From contig MU058669.1 of the NCBI GenBank assembly GCA_013265495.1, forward strand, positions 1 through 64,000: a stretch of DNA of 64,000 nucleotides, given 5' to 3'. Every line of letters starts with the position of its first letter. Positions within the stretch are counted from its first letter, which is position 1. Of this stretch, positions 13,392 to 26,100 are shown one piece after another. This stretch comes from Vicugna vicugna. Taxonomy: Eukaryota. Under the pieces are notes generated by a model, which worked only from the letters and a program-made list of their open reading frames with translations, was not told the origin of the DNA and ran no database searches. Both the position numbers and the translations under genes were made by a program.

Positions 13392-13420
13392 CTGAGAAGG
13401 AATTTTGATATGAATAAAGG
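13392..13420 (-). other. 3' splice acceptor of the OR coding exon
   Basis: Minus strand reads cctttattcatatcaaaattccttctcag|GTATAGTACAG-ATG: a pyrimidine tract and AG 11 nt before the start codon, the usual OR arrangement after a non-coding 5' exon. Confidence 0.7.
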
Positions 13421-14170
13421 TTACAGCCGATACAAGGGAGCACTTAACTATGAGCCAAGCCTTCTTCCACGCTTTTTACATTTACTTACTCCATTAACCC
13501 CAACAAGAATGATACCAAGTTGGCGCTCCTATTATCCCTGACTTACAGAGAAAAGGAAATTGAGGCAGATGTGTGCTAGGTAACTTACCATATTCTAGAA
13601 AGAGGCAGAGCTGATTCTGAACCCAGGAAATGGGGCTTGGAGTCTTTACCCTTCACTGTTGGTACTGCCTTTAATTCCAGTGACAACAAAGATACATCCT
13701 GCCCTGGCCCAACTATTGATTCTTCTTGAGACACAAGTTCCTAAGTGCCTGCAAAAATCTCAAAGGCCTCAAATGAAGTCCATGAAGAGCCATTTAATAG
13801 TATTTAGGACGTATCAATTATATGCAAAATACCCATCTACTCTTTATCCCAAAGACACACTTTATTCATTTGATCATGATTCCTAAGCTAATTTAAATAC
13901 CAGAGTAGATAAATAACGTATGAGACAAGAAATTATTACTAAAGCAGTATGCACATAAAATTAATCTTCCTCCCCCCCCCGCCCCCAACCCTTCATCTGT
14001 CTCTCTCTCTCTCTCTCTCTCTCAAATAGGTCTGGTATGGAAGAAATTTTTTTTCCTTCCAAAATACTATATACTGCTTGAGTAAAAAAATAATCATGAA
14101 ATTTTGTAATGGATAATACAACTTACTTTCTTTTTTTGTGGGGTGGGGGAGGTAATTAGGTGTACTTAAT

Positions 14171-14402
14171 GTGTAGGAACGTCCATCACATTGCAATTCT
14201 AAGAAAGCATCACATTCAAAACAAAGTACATTTGAGGACACAGACCATAAGTCTTACAGACAACTCTACCACTGGATAATACAACTTTAATGCAATGATT
14301 CACATATACGTGCAGAAACGCCCATCAAATTGCAATTCCAAGAACGCATCACATGCAAAACAAAGTACATTTGAGGACACAGACCATAAGTCTTACAGAC
14401 AA
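14171..14402. repeat. 93-bp direct duplication (14171-14263 and 14310-14402)
   Basis: The last 47 nt of the two copies are identical; the first halves differ by several substitutions. Confidence 0.9.
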
Positions 14403-15763
14403 ATACAGAGGAATGAATTGAAAGCATCTTGAACTGCTCTCCCAATCTCCCTGGTTACAGTCCCTCAGCCAACAAGATAGAATTATGAGATCTTAGAAGG
14501 CTCATTTACCTTCACATAGTTTTCTCATCTAAAATGGTAATAATCAAACTACCTTATTTACTTCCAGATATGTTCTTATATTTGTATTAATATGAAAGAA
14601 AGTTGGTAAGTATTTATATTTATTGTATAACTGTAAACATATGACTTACATATAAAACACATGGCATACAAACAGAATTGGAAAATAAGTCCATGGGACT
14701 CGGCAGGGAAATTCTAAAGAAAACAAAAAAAATTCTAATGAGGAGAAACTGTCCTTAACATATATCCAAATATACTTTAAAAGTATAATAATTAAAACAT
14801 AATTATTGATAAGACATTTGGGGTTGGGGAGTAGGGAATCCTTAAATTACTCCTTGCACCAAAACGAATTACAAATCAAATATTTAAAAACACTAAAAAA
14901 TACAACCAGTGTAAAAATGAATGGTCACTCTTCAACCTCTCTCTTTCCTGATCATCTTGGTTTTAGGAAGATCCCACTAGGCAAATTGCAATTTTTTGAA
15001 AGCTATGATGCAAAATGTGAATAAATTTGAGTCCATATTTTAAAAAACATACGACAAAAAACTACTAACATAGTTTGAAGAATAATGACAAAACTAGAGA
15101 AATTCAACATGAAAATTGAAAGACCACGTTGTTCTTTTAACAAAGGAAACATCCATCTTCCACAAAATTTTAAATTACATTTTTTGACACGTTAATTCTG
15201 CATGTTGGAATACGTCCTACATTTATTAACCCACAGCATGTAATATAAACCCTCAATAATTTTCACTATTGATTGAAAAGGGTAATACTCAGAAACAATG
15301 TATGTTTTAAAGTTATTGAAATAGTTTGATAAATAGCAACTATAAGCTGAAAAAATAACTACTAAATGAAAATAGATTTTGTATGTGGCTTCACTTGGAA
15401 TTTTCTTTTTAATCTTATTAATTTCAAACAAGAGGAAAGCAGACGATAACCCATAGTGAGAGTTTATGTAGTGTGACCCCATGCTTTTGGTCACAAAATA
15501 TACGCATATTTCGATTAAAATAGAAACGATATCTCAAGATATACAGTGAACTGTCAAAAAGATTCACTTGTAGAGCAAGAGATGGCGTTTAAAGGAGATT
15601 TTAATGTTTACATGTCTTTTATTTATAAAGCAGTAATCAGTGATTATGACTTATTATGAAACTGAAAATTGACACATATACACCTGCAGGTAGTATAATA
15701 TTTAGGAAACGTCTCTATGAATGATTTTCTTCTTTTAAAGTCTGTTAATCCATCCTTTTAACT

Positions 15764-15906
15764 TTGTTTTTCCTTCTTTTAGGAGGGGAAGTAATTAGGT
15801 TTATTTATCTCATTTGTTTACTTTTTAAATGGAGGTGCTGGGGATTGAACCCAGGACCTCGTGTATGTTAAGCATGCACTCTACCACTGAGTTATACCCT
15901 CCCCCC
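15764..15906 (-). mobile_element. vic-1-type SINE
   Basis: Reverse complement of the head and tail. Confidence 0.88.
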
Positions 15907-16355
15907 TGCTATTTCTTCTTTAAAGAAATAATTGTCCCATCCCCTTTACTAAATCTTTCTTTGTTGTTCTTGTAATTGGCAAACTGAAAAAGGAAAAAAA
16001 GTAGAAAGAAAGACAGGAAGTTAGGAAAGAAAAAAGATGAAACTTTCAATCTCCAGATTAATGCCTGTGTTTTAAAACAAACTGCTGTATGATCTCGTAG
16101 TCTTAAAATTGTAAATCCTGTGACATAAGAGAAAATTGAGATTGAGGACTGAAACATGGGTCTCACGCAGGGAGGGATGTGAATTTGGTTTTCAAGAGAG
16201 CTTGAGTTCCAGTCTCCTGAATTCTTTTTACAACTTTGATGTGCAGGTAAGAACGGCCTCTTCACAAGAAGGGTCAGGACGATTGAAAGAGAATGTTCTC
16301 GCTAATACCTCACATCTTGCTAGCTTTAATCAAGATGCTGCTCCTTTCCTTCTCT

Positions 16356-17214
16356 TGTAACAAAACTGGATCTGAGACTGAGCATCCCCAAGTCCTGCTG
16401 CTAGCACAATTTCCAACAGAGTTGGGGAGTCCCACCACCAGCAAAGAATACTTGGACATCAGCAGGGTATCCAAGAACTCAGCTCAATTCTGACCCTCTC
16501 TACCCAGAGATTCCACAAGGTCAGCGCTCAGTCCTACAAGACTTCCCCAAACCCTAACCAATTTAGAAGTCAGCTGCAAAAAAGCCCAAGTTGTTACCTG
16601 TGCTTCTGGCCAATTGGCTGCAAATCAGATATTCTCATGACCCCTCTCCTCAGGCTAGATTAATTTTTTAGAGCAGCTCACAGAACTCCGAGGAACATTT
16701 TACTTACTAGGCGACCAGTATATTATAAAAGGAACATCTAGATGAAAAGATGCATAGGGCAAAGCTGGAAGGGCATGGAGGCTCCACACTCTCTCAAAGT
16801 GATGCATTCTCCCCATATCGCCATGTGTTCACCAACCTCAAGGCTCTCCCAGCCCCATCCTTATGGATTTTTATGCCCCATTCATAGGTGTGATTGATTA
16901 AATAATCAGTCATTAGCAGTTGATTCAACCTCTAGCCTCTCTCTCTTCCCAAGAGATCAGAGGGTGGGACTGAAAAATACCAACCCTTGAATCACATGGT
17001 TGTCCACTGGCAACAGTCCCCATCCTCAGGTGCTTTCCAAAGTCACCTCATTAATATAACAAAAGACACCTTTGTCATTCTCAACACTTAGGAAATTCCA
17101 AAGGTCTGGGGAGTTGTGAGTCAGGAACTGTGGACAAAGACCAACATATGTGAGAAATACATTTTGGTCATCTGGGTGACCAAACATATATGTCTTATGA
17201 ATCATAATGTCATA
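16356..17214. mobile_element. MER21-like LTR
   Basis: Characteristic blocks ctcagtcctacaagact, ttacctgtgcttctggccaattggct, gagcagctcacagaactc, aaagtcacctcattaatataacaaaagacacc, ttaggaaattccaaagg. Confidence 0.75.
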
Positions 17215-17234
17215 GTTCTGAAATCCAGAAATCT

Positions 17235-17243
17235 GCTTACCAT
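17235..17243 (-). other. Candidate 5' splice donor ATG|GTAAGC
   Basis: Plus strand gcttaccat at 17235-17243; matches the GTAAG consensus and lies about 45 nt beyond the end of the CpG island in the minus direction. Confidence 0.45.
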
Positions 17244-17282
17244 TTTTACTTGTATGGTACCAGGTATCATTAAAAATCAGAA

Positions 17283-17850
17283 GTCACCCCGCCCCTCGCC
17301 GCCGATTCCCAGACGCACCTCGGAGCCGGGGGGGAGGGGTACTCAGACCCGACGGGGGCGAGCACGTGCCTGATGCAATTCGGGAGGGGGGGCGGTGAGC
17401 GGGGCCGGAGAGGTAGGGTGGTAAAGAGGGGGAAGTGCCTTAAAGGGCCAGCGCGTGAAAGCGGACGCAGGTGGAGCACATGGGAACGGGCCACGCGGCC
17501 GGCCGGGCCTGCTCGCGCTCTTTAGTTTGGGTGCGCCAGATTACGCTGGGAAGGAGCCATTAATGTCACCCTCGATTTACAGGATGGTGGAGAGGGGTGC
17601 TGCCGGCTCTCGGGTGCCCCGTGGGCCTGGCCCCTCCAGGCCCCGCCTGGGTGACCTTGGGCGAGCCGCCCTCACCTCCGCGGACTGTGCTCGGCTCCTC
17701 CCAGCCCGCCCTGCCGGGACAGTGTCCCGAGTTGGATTCGACGCCCGGCCCGGAAGGCAGGCCTTTAACCCTTGGCGCCATCGGGCACCTAGGAAATGAC
17801 CAAGGAATTACTAGCAGACCCCAACCCGGCCAAGCCCCGACACCGAGAAT
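17283..17850. promoter_or_regulatory. CpG island, truncated on its left side; inferred upstream part of the main LARP1 promoter island
   Basis: High GC and CpG density, GC box CCCCGCCCC at 17287-17295, E-box CACGTG at 17363-17368, abrupt change to AT-rich sequence at ~17283. The LARP1 assignment is positional inference from the exon at 41946-42130. Confidence 0.7.
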
Positions 17851-19363
17851 TTATGGACAGGAAATGTCTTTTTTGTCAAGTGGATTTCATTTTTTATAAA
17901 GATTGCTTGCGGCGGGGGTGGGGGAGGGTAGATAAACCAAGCCTGATTGGCACTCTGGAGATCTGAGATTTTATCCGGACCCTGCCCCTTACCAACTCTG
18001 CAGCAGTTGGGCCTCAGTTTCCCGATTGTAAAATGTGTAAGTGGTATACGGCAGCGGTTTCAAATTTTAGTGCAATTAAATATTTACCGACCTCGTACTA
18101 TGGGGATTCTAGGAAGCAGGGTTTGGAAATAAAACCAGGCTAACAAGGTCCCTGTCCTCATGGAATTTACATTCTAAGGTGGAGAAAAAAGCAAATTAAC
18201 TGATAAGCAAGTGCTCGTTTTGTATCTGAAGACAATAATTACTACAGTCATAGGTTACACTAGATCCGCTATTTTAGTTTGTACCATGAGGGGAAACCCT
18301 GAATGCACATTCTGACGCATTTGGAATCAGGCATGTCTTGGACTGGATCCAGAAATCTGCATGTCTAACAAGACCCTTTGGGTGCTTGTGGCCCCACACT
18401 TCACTTGGCAAAGTCCTGGCCTCTGGCACATAACCAACTGGACAGAGGAGAAGGCTGTTGAAAAGCCTCTTGGAACTGCCCCAAGGGAAAAGGCCAGTTG
18501 CAGGGTTGTTGTAACCAGGACTACTGCAGAGAGGTGCTGGTGGCAACAGCCAGGCAATCTGATGTCTAGTCCCAACCCTTCCATAATTTGTAATGTGGCC
18601 TCCACACCCTGGCCAGCTCTCAGCACTTCGCCTGGGCCCCCTTTCCTAGTTGAAAAATGGGATAAATTATGCTTGACTTGCTCCTACCTTCTCAGCTCTT
18701 GTGAGGAGTCAAGTGATATGTGAGTCAAAGTGCTGTGTAAATTAGAGACTGAGGCTTCAAAAGAGGTACCAAGGGAAGTAATGATTAAATGATTAAATGG
18801 ATCTCAATGAATTTAAGCAGGATTCTTCATAATTATATGTAACCTTAATCAAAGGCAAATTATTGTGCACTGCAACTAGAATGCACTGTTTTTTATTTAT
18901 TGATAAGTATTTCCTGAAGAGGATTCACATTAGACCCTCTCTGAACTTTTTAAGACAGGACACAATGGTCACTGTTGGTCATTCTTTTGTATATTCCTAT
19001 AATTGGAGGCAGAGGGGAGAGGTGATCTCATACAACTTTATGAGGGAACCAGGGCTCTGTATGGACAAGTAACTAGTTCATGCCACCTAGCACTCAGTCC
19101 AAGCTGAACAAGTATCACCAGGCCCTGTATGGAGATTGGAAGGGCACTGGGATCTGCATACCAGTGCAATGCCCCAGAGAGGGGCTCCTGAACATTCATG
19201 TGCCGTTTTACAGATGGGCAAACTGGGGCCAGAGAAGGTAAGAGACCGGCATGAGACTACATCTTAGACTGAGGCTGTTAGAGCTGGAAAAAGGAATCTT
19301 AATGATTACTCAATCCCCTTGCTTTTCAGGAGACTGAAGTTCAGAGAAGTTACTTACTTATCG

Positions 19364-19494
19364 TTTTTATTTGTTTGGGGAGGAGGTAATTAGGTGGGGG
19401 TTTTTTAACTATTTTAATTGGAGGTACTGAGGATTCAACCCAGAACCTCATGCACGTAAGGCATGCAGTCTGCCACTGAGCTATTTACTCCCCC
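19364..19494 (-). mobile_element. vic-1-type SINE inserted into a MIR
   Basis: Head and tail motifs; flanking agttactta duplication. Confidence 0.8.
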
Positions 19495-22310
19495 ACCCCA
19501 AAGAGTTACTTAACCAAGGTTACATAGCTAGTCCATGGTAGAGTCAGCTGTCACACCTGAATCTCCTGATCCTAAATCCAGTAGCTTATCCTACTGGAAA
19601 TGATAGAATGGGGATTTGAATTCAGTTTTTTTTTTAATTCCTGCCCCATTATAGCATTCTATATACATGTGTTCTAAATATTAATGATCAAATAGTGCAG
19701 AGTAGCTACTTTCATTAAGTAACTACTAACTATATGCTAGGTTCTGTGAGAAATATGTGACATTCATTGTCTCCTTTAATCCTCACAATAACCCAATGAG
19801 ATAGGTATTATTTCCACAAATATCTATTGTGTCCATACTATGTGCCAGGCACTAGGCTAGGCCTTGGAGCTGTTATTATCTTCATTTACAAATGAAAGCA
19901 ACTGAATTTCAGAAAAAGAAAGTAAGGTGGGTGCCTGCAGTCCCAGGCAACAGCTGACTATCAAGTGGGCTTCTTCCAGGCAGTGTAACTCACCAGGCCT
20001 GTTCTTACCCACCACACCACACTGTGAGGCCTGCCTCTCTTCCCTCGGCTGTCATAGCCACAAGTATTTATGGAGAACTCATCAAATACATAGGACTGGG
20101 AAAGATACTAAAGCACTGAATCCTGTCTGCCCAAAAGATAAACTCTAATTGAGGGGACCAAGGAATTAAGTAATAGGTGATCTCCGGCCAAAAGAAAAGA
20201 TAAATAAGATTAGCTTTAGGCAGAAAGCAACAAGGAACAGACTAACTTGTGCTGTGTCCTGGGCTTCAACACATCACAGGCTTAAAACTCACAGACACAC
20301 AGAGTGAGAAAGTCAAACTTCAAAAATAAAAATAATAAAGTGGGTCCAAATACCAATTTGTAATTAATTATGTGCGTGTTTGCTCTGGGTGCTGGAAACT
20401 TCCTAAAGGAGACGGAGGAGGCCAGATGAGGGACAAGAGACAGGAGACCTGGTTTACAGCCTGGTCCCATCTCTGGCTCGGCTGAATGACTTGGGCAGCC
20501 TCCTGAGCCTTCCTGGACTTTCATGTCTCCATTCTCAACACGGGAAGCATACCTGCCCATCAGGCTTATGGATGTGAAGAAAGATATAGTTTCCCTGAAA
20601 CTATTCTTTTGGGGAAGCATAGGTAAACGGAGGGTGGGGTTCATGACGTTATCTATGCCTGGTGGGAAGAAAAATTTAACACGTTTGGATATTCAATTTT
20701 ATTCCTCTTTGGGTTTGATTTTTCAAAGGACTTTGTGTTTCTGGAAGAACTTGGACTGTATCACTAACCTGATACCAGGGGCTCCTGGGCTTAAGGCCTC
20801 TTTATACGGATGTGGAGGAGTAGTGGGGTTAGCAAGGGAGGGGCCTCAGCCAAAGAAACTGTATGGGCTGGGGAGTGTGCTCCCAAACCCTAAAGACTCT
20901 TGGGCCTTCTGGCACATGCCAAGAAATTTATTTCAGTTCATGAGAGGAGACTCAGCCTAGATCTCCTCTTGTGAAGTAGAAGTGAATAGCAATTGTTTAC
21001 TTAAGGGGGCTAAGGAGCACGGGAGGGTACTGGCCATTCCCTTAATACCTGGTTAACCCCCAGGGCAACCTTTTTTTGTAAGAATGATGATCCCCATTTT
21101 ATGGATGAAGAAGTAGACTTAGAAGCCACCCAATCCACCTGGCAAGCTTGGTGAAAGAAGAGGATGGGTTTGCAGTGAACGAGGTCTGATAGAGATGAGT
21201 TAGAGACAGGCACCACCCGTGGCCTCTTTTCACTGCATTCTACCTATACAGCCCCTTCCCTCCGCCCCACGACCCTCCCTGCACGTTCTCAAGTCATCCC
21301 CTGATGGGCTTCCCCACTAACTGTTCTCCCTGCCATGCAGCGTGCCCCCACCCTGCCTAACCCATTTCTCTGGGTCTTTGATGGATTTGGACAGGCCCTG
21401 CTTCTGCTCAAAAATCTCCGAACTCACATCCCTGCCTATACTGTTACTTCTAGCCCCACACCCTACACTACAGCGACAGTAGACCACTCCCTGTTTCTTT
21501 CATTTGACAAGCATTTATTAGATATCTACCATGTGTCAGCTACTGCCCAGGCCCTGGACATGGAGAGGTGAGCAAAACACACAGCTTCCATTCCTTCAGG
21601 AAGCTCCCCATCTAATGCCCTGTGGGCCTCGTGTTTTGCTGCCTCAGTCGGTTACTTCTCTCACTGTGACATAGCTGTTCATAGTGAGATCCTCTGTGAA
21701 TCCCAGCTCGACCGTCTTGTGACTTTGGGCAAATATTTAACCTCTCTCTAAGCCTCAGTTTCCCCATCTGTAACTTGGAAATGATGATACTACTTTTCTC
21801 ATAGAGCTTCAAGTGAGCCTTAAATGAGAAAATGTGTGTAATTCCATAGCACAATGCCTGGCATGTAGTATGCGCTAAGTAAACATTACCTTTCATTACT
21901 TTCTTATTGCAGTAATGACATCCTATTTCCATTTGTCCAGAATTTTACCAGTCTTTCAAGGCTCAGCACAAAATGCCAACTTCTTCACAAAATTTTATTT
22001 AGTCTCCAGAACTGGAATAGATTTCTCCCTACTCTGAATTCCTAGTGGCAATTTCCCTAAAGCATACAATATTCTTTACTTTCTTTCTACCCTCATTTAT
22101 GGTTATTTATATTTATATGCCTTAGCCTCCATCTAGATTATAATATGCTTCTTGAAGGCAAGGATTGTACCCCATTCTTCTTAGTGTCCCTTGTAATAAT
22201 CATCAGGGCTGCCTCTACACAGTGTGTTTTCTGGACAAAGGAATGAATGAATGAATGCAGGATCACATCTGATCACACCAGTGTTTTGGTAAATAGAACA
22301 ATACTGTCAA

Positions 22311-22551
22311 ACTTGTGGTTTCCAAGGGGGCGGGGGGTGGGAATGGGATTTCAAAAAGTAGAATAGATAAATAAGCTTATACTGTATAGCACAGGGAAAT
22401 ATACACAAGATCCGGGTAGCTCAAAGAGAAAAAAATGTGACAATGAATATATATATGTTCATGTATAACTGAAAAATTGTGCTCTACTCTGGAATTTGAC
22501 ACAACATTGTAAAATGATTATAACTCAATAAAAAATGTTGAAAAAAAAACC
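22311..22551 (+). mobile_element. Young L1 3' end
   Basis: 12-bp TSD caatactgtcaa at 22299-22310 and 22552-22563; A tail. Confidence 0.88.
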
Positions 22552-22944
22552 CAATACTGTCAAGGGCCAAGTGCTAAATTTTATATATAAAATACATAAT
22601 GTATATTATATATTGAATGTACAATATTTATTATACATAATAAATGTATAAATTATATATATACTTTTAAATGATAAAATATAATACAAAATGAGCTAAC
22701 TTTAGCAAACAGAAAAAAAAAATTTAAGCCCAGAAACACAAAACCCACCTATAAGCTCACAAGCCAAAGGCAAATCCCCTCCACATAGTCAGTGAAGTAT
22801 CATCTATTGAGCACCTATGGTATGCCTTACCTGACAGCAGCCCACCTTCTATTTGTATCACACTGTATTTCCCAAAGGGCCTTCATGGAGACAGGACAAA
22901 CGTGATTATCCCCAGTTGGCAACTGAAGAACAGAGCCCCATAGA

Positions 22945-23160
22945 AAAACAACAAGTTTATACTGTATAGCACAGGGAACTATATTCAATATCTTGTAGTA
23001 ACTTATGGTGAAAGAGGATAAGAAAGCGAATATATGTATGCTCCTATATGACTGAAGTATTGTGCTGTACATCAGAAATTGACACAACATTGTAAACTGG
23101 CTATACGTCAATAAATATATATATAGAGAGAGAAAGATAAAAGAAAAAGAAAACAAAACA
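22945..23160 (+). mobile_element. Young L1 3' end inserted into a MIR
   Basis: L1 3' motifs; imperfect TSD aacagagccccatagaaa / aacagaaccccacagaaa. Confidence 0.85.
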
Positions 23161-26100
23161 GAACAGAACCCCACAGAAATTCCGTGACTTGCTCCAGGAT
23201 GCTGGGGCAGGAGAATCAAGATCAGAAGCCAGGTCTCTCCCCTACCATTCCAAACCCCTGCACATCACAGGTAACATATACAGCACACACTGAGAATGCA
23301 AAACTCCCACAGTTGAACGAAGGTAACCATGTTTAAACATTCCAGGGTCAAGAAACATCCAAGTTCACGGAGACAGGTGGAAATCAGCAGCCAAAATGAA
23401 GGCAGAAAGCAATTTTCCCGGCAGCATGACCGTAAGTAGTCACAGGTACTGAGCTCCAGGACAGAATGGCCCTGACTTAGGGACTGGAGTAGAAACAAGA
23501 AAGGGCAAGACGTGTTGTCTGCCCCAGGGAACAAAACTCCGTATACCAACACACTGTTCTCTTCACAGGCCACTTGACTGTCCTTTACCTGTGGCACAGA
23601 AAAATAGGGGAAAGGTTTTGGGGTCAAAGAGTTGGGTTCAGGTTCAGGTTTGCCCACTTCCTAGCTGTGTGATATCAAGCAAATTACTTCACTTCTCTGA
23701 CCTTCAGTGTTTCCATCTAAAAAAATGATGAAAAGGGAAATATTTGCCTGATAAAATTCTGAGAATGTCAAATGAACCATTATTTGTGTAAGGGTTTTAT
23801 ACTCCCAGCTCTACCACCCACCAGCTCCGTAACCTTGGGCAAGTTCCCTCATCTCTCTCTGCCTCAGTTTTCTCATCTACAAAATGGATATAACAGCACC
23901 TACCTCTTAAGATTATTTTGAGAACTGAGTGAGTCAATACTTGTAAAGTGCTTAGAACAGTGCCTGACAAATGCTAAGTGCTGAATAAATGTCTGCTATA
24001 ATTATTAAGAGTGTAATAGTCATTGGCCTAGAGTCAAGGCAAACATTCTTCAAATCCCAGCAGAAAGCAGAGCCAGTGTTACCCTAAGGTACAGATAGGG
24101 AAATTAAGGCTCAGAAAAATTAGGTATTTATCTGGACTCATGCTGCTAGTTGGAAGCCACTCCATGAGGTCTAAAGATTCCAAATGCAATGCCTTCCCCT
24201 CTGGATAATATCCTAGCTGTTGTGAGCTGTCAGCCCTATGGCCAATTTCAGCCCACAGGCATGTTTTGTTTGGCCCACAGGATATTTTTTTTAAATTGAA
24301 TTTAACTGTGATTAGATGGGCCCAGCACACACTAGTGAGCCTCAGGCCCCAGCCTCCCCAGGCCCCAGGTCTGTCACTCCCAGCTAACCACCCTCATTTA
24401 GATCCCTGCACAGGTGGATGCCATGCCTGTCACTGAACACCTGGTATAGACAAGTTCAAGAGACTAAAGGGGAGGCAGAGAGGAACACAGGCCAGAGCGA
24501 TGGGGAAGAGGCAGTCTGGGAAGACTTCTTGGAGGTACCTGAGTTAGGACTGAAAACTGGAGAATGGGAATTGTCTAGATTAAAAGCGAGGTGGGGAGAG
24601 TTGGGGAAGAGCAGATCAATTTGGCATTTGATGACCTTCAGGGATGTTTATGAGTTTCCCTGCCAAGACTTTCCCTGCCAAGATTTCCCCAGGCCTCTTC
24701 CTCGGTTGAGAAGAGGAAAGAAATGAGTTGCCCTTTAGCTCTGATGAGGTCATGTGACCCAGCAAGTCCACAGTCAATACATATTGTCAATGTTGTCAAT
24801 GTTGATTGGATTACTGATCTGTGTCATTACCCCTGAAGACTCAGCACTGCACAAGGCACCTGGAGGGAGGTGTGATCTCAGAAGGCAAAGTATGAATTAT
24901 GGCCTGTCTAGCTGTAGCCATCTAGAACTAAGTTTCTTCCCATCTGAGCAGTCTTGACAGCAGTTTCTAACATTTCACACTTCTACAGCAAAGAAGGTAA
25001 GTCCTGGTTGCAGGAATGAGCTGGAGAAAGGCTGTGGCAAACTAATGAAGCTGCCTGACTGCCTGTCCCAGTGGCAGTCACTGGATCAGAGAGGTTTGCC
25101 AATTCCCACGGGTCCTACAGCATTTGAGTCTCTGGATCTGTGACACATGGTAGGAAGTGAGAACTTGAAGTAATGCGAGTGGCCTAATTACCTAATTGTG
25201 GGTAAAGGGCATAGAGATCACTGAAGACAAGGAATAGCCAGCCGGGCTCATTTTGCACTGGTAGCACTGCCTGGCGTGTTTGCTGCAAGCCTCCAGGGTG
25301 ACTTGGCTCCCAGGGAGCCCCTCAACTGGGAAAAGCAGGAAATGTTACTGCTCATCTGGCACTCCCTTGCAAAAAATCTCCAATGGCTTCATAGTGCAAT
25401 AAATATAAACTCCAGACTTGTCACCTCAGCCCACAAGACCCCATGTGCTCCAGACTCCATCCACCTCCGACTTGCCCTCTCTGCTCCCCTCTCCTGCCCC
25501 GCTGTGTGCCAGCCCCTCAAACATGTAGAACTCGGGGCTCTAGGGCATAGAATTCCCACTGCCTGGAACACATCCCCCCAACATACACACACAAACAGCA
25601 AACATTTCTCATCCTTCAAGCTGCAGTATAAATGGCCCCTTCCTCGAGAGTTCTCCCTGGATCTACTCGGCTGAAGTACTCCATGTTCTTCACAGCAGAG
25701 ATCACAATCTCTGATTTTATGTGTTGACCTGCTTTTCGCCCATTTCCTCCACTAATGTGTAAACTGGGGCTTGTGGCTATTTTGTTCACCCTTGGTATTC
25801 CCAGCCCCAAGTACAGTGTTTGGCACAGTGACCCTTAATACTTTGCTGAATGAATGCTGTGTGACCTCTGGCAAGTTGCTTCCCCTCTCTGGGCCTCAGT
25901 AGCTCCACAGGTGAAATGCAGTGGCTGAATGAGGGGCTGCTGAGAACCCCTGGGGCTCTGACTGTGGTTCGGTGGCTAACACCTGGGCCTTGGGCCCAGG
26001 AGTGAGCCCGACGTGTTGCATCTCCACAGCACTGCACACAGGATACTGATTTAATCAGGCAGCAGACACCCTGTAATTTAGTGTTCTGCTGTCCCCTCCT

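Noticed and set aside
13381..13443. 21-aa N-terminal extension of the OR in the ORF track
   Set aside because: It starts at GTG and crosses a splice acceptor; the ATG at 13380 matches the OR2W3 start.
17270..17899. ORFs in the truncated CpG island as LARP1 main exon 1 or TRIM58 exon 1
   Set aside because: No frame shows the LARP1 main N-terminus or a RING finger.
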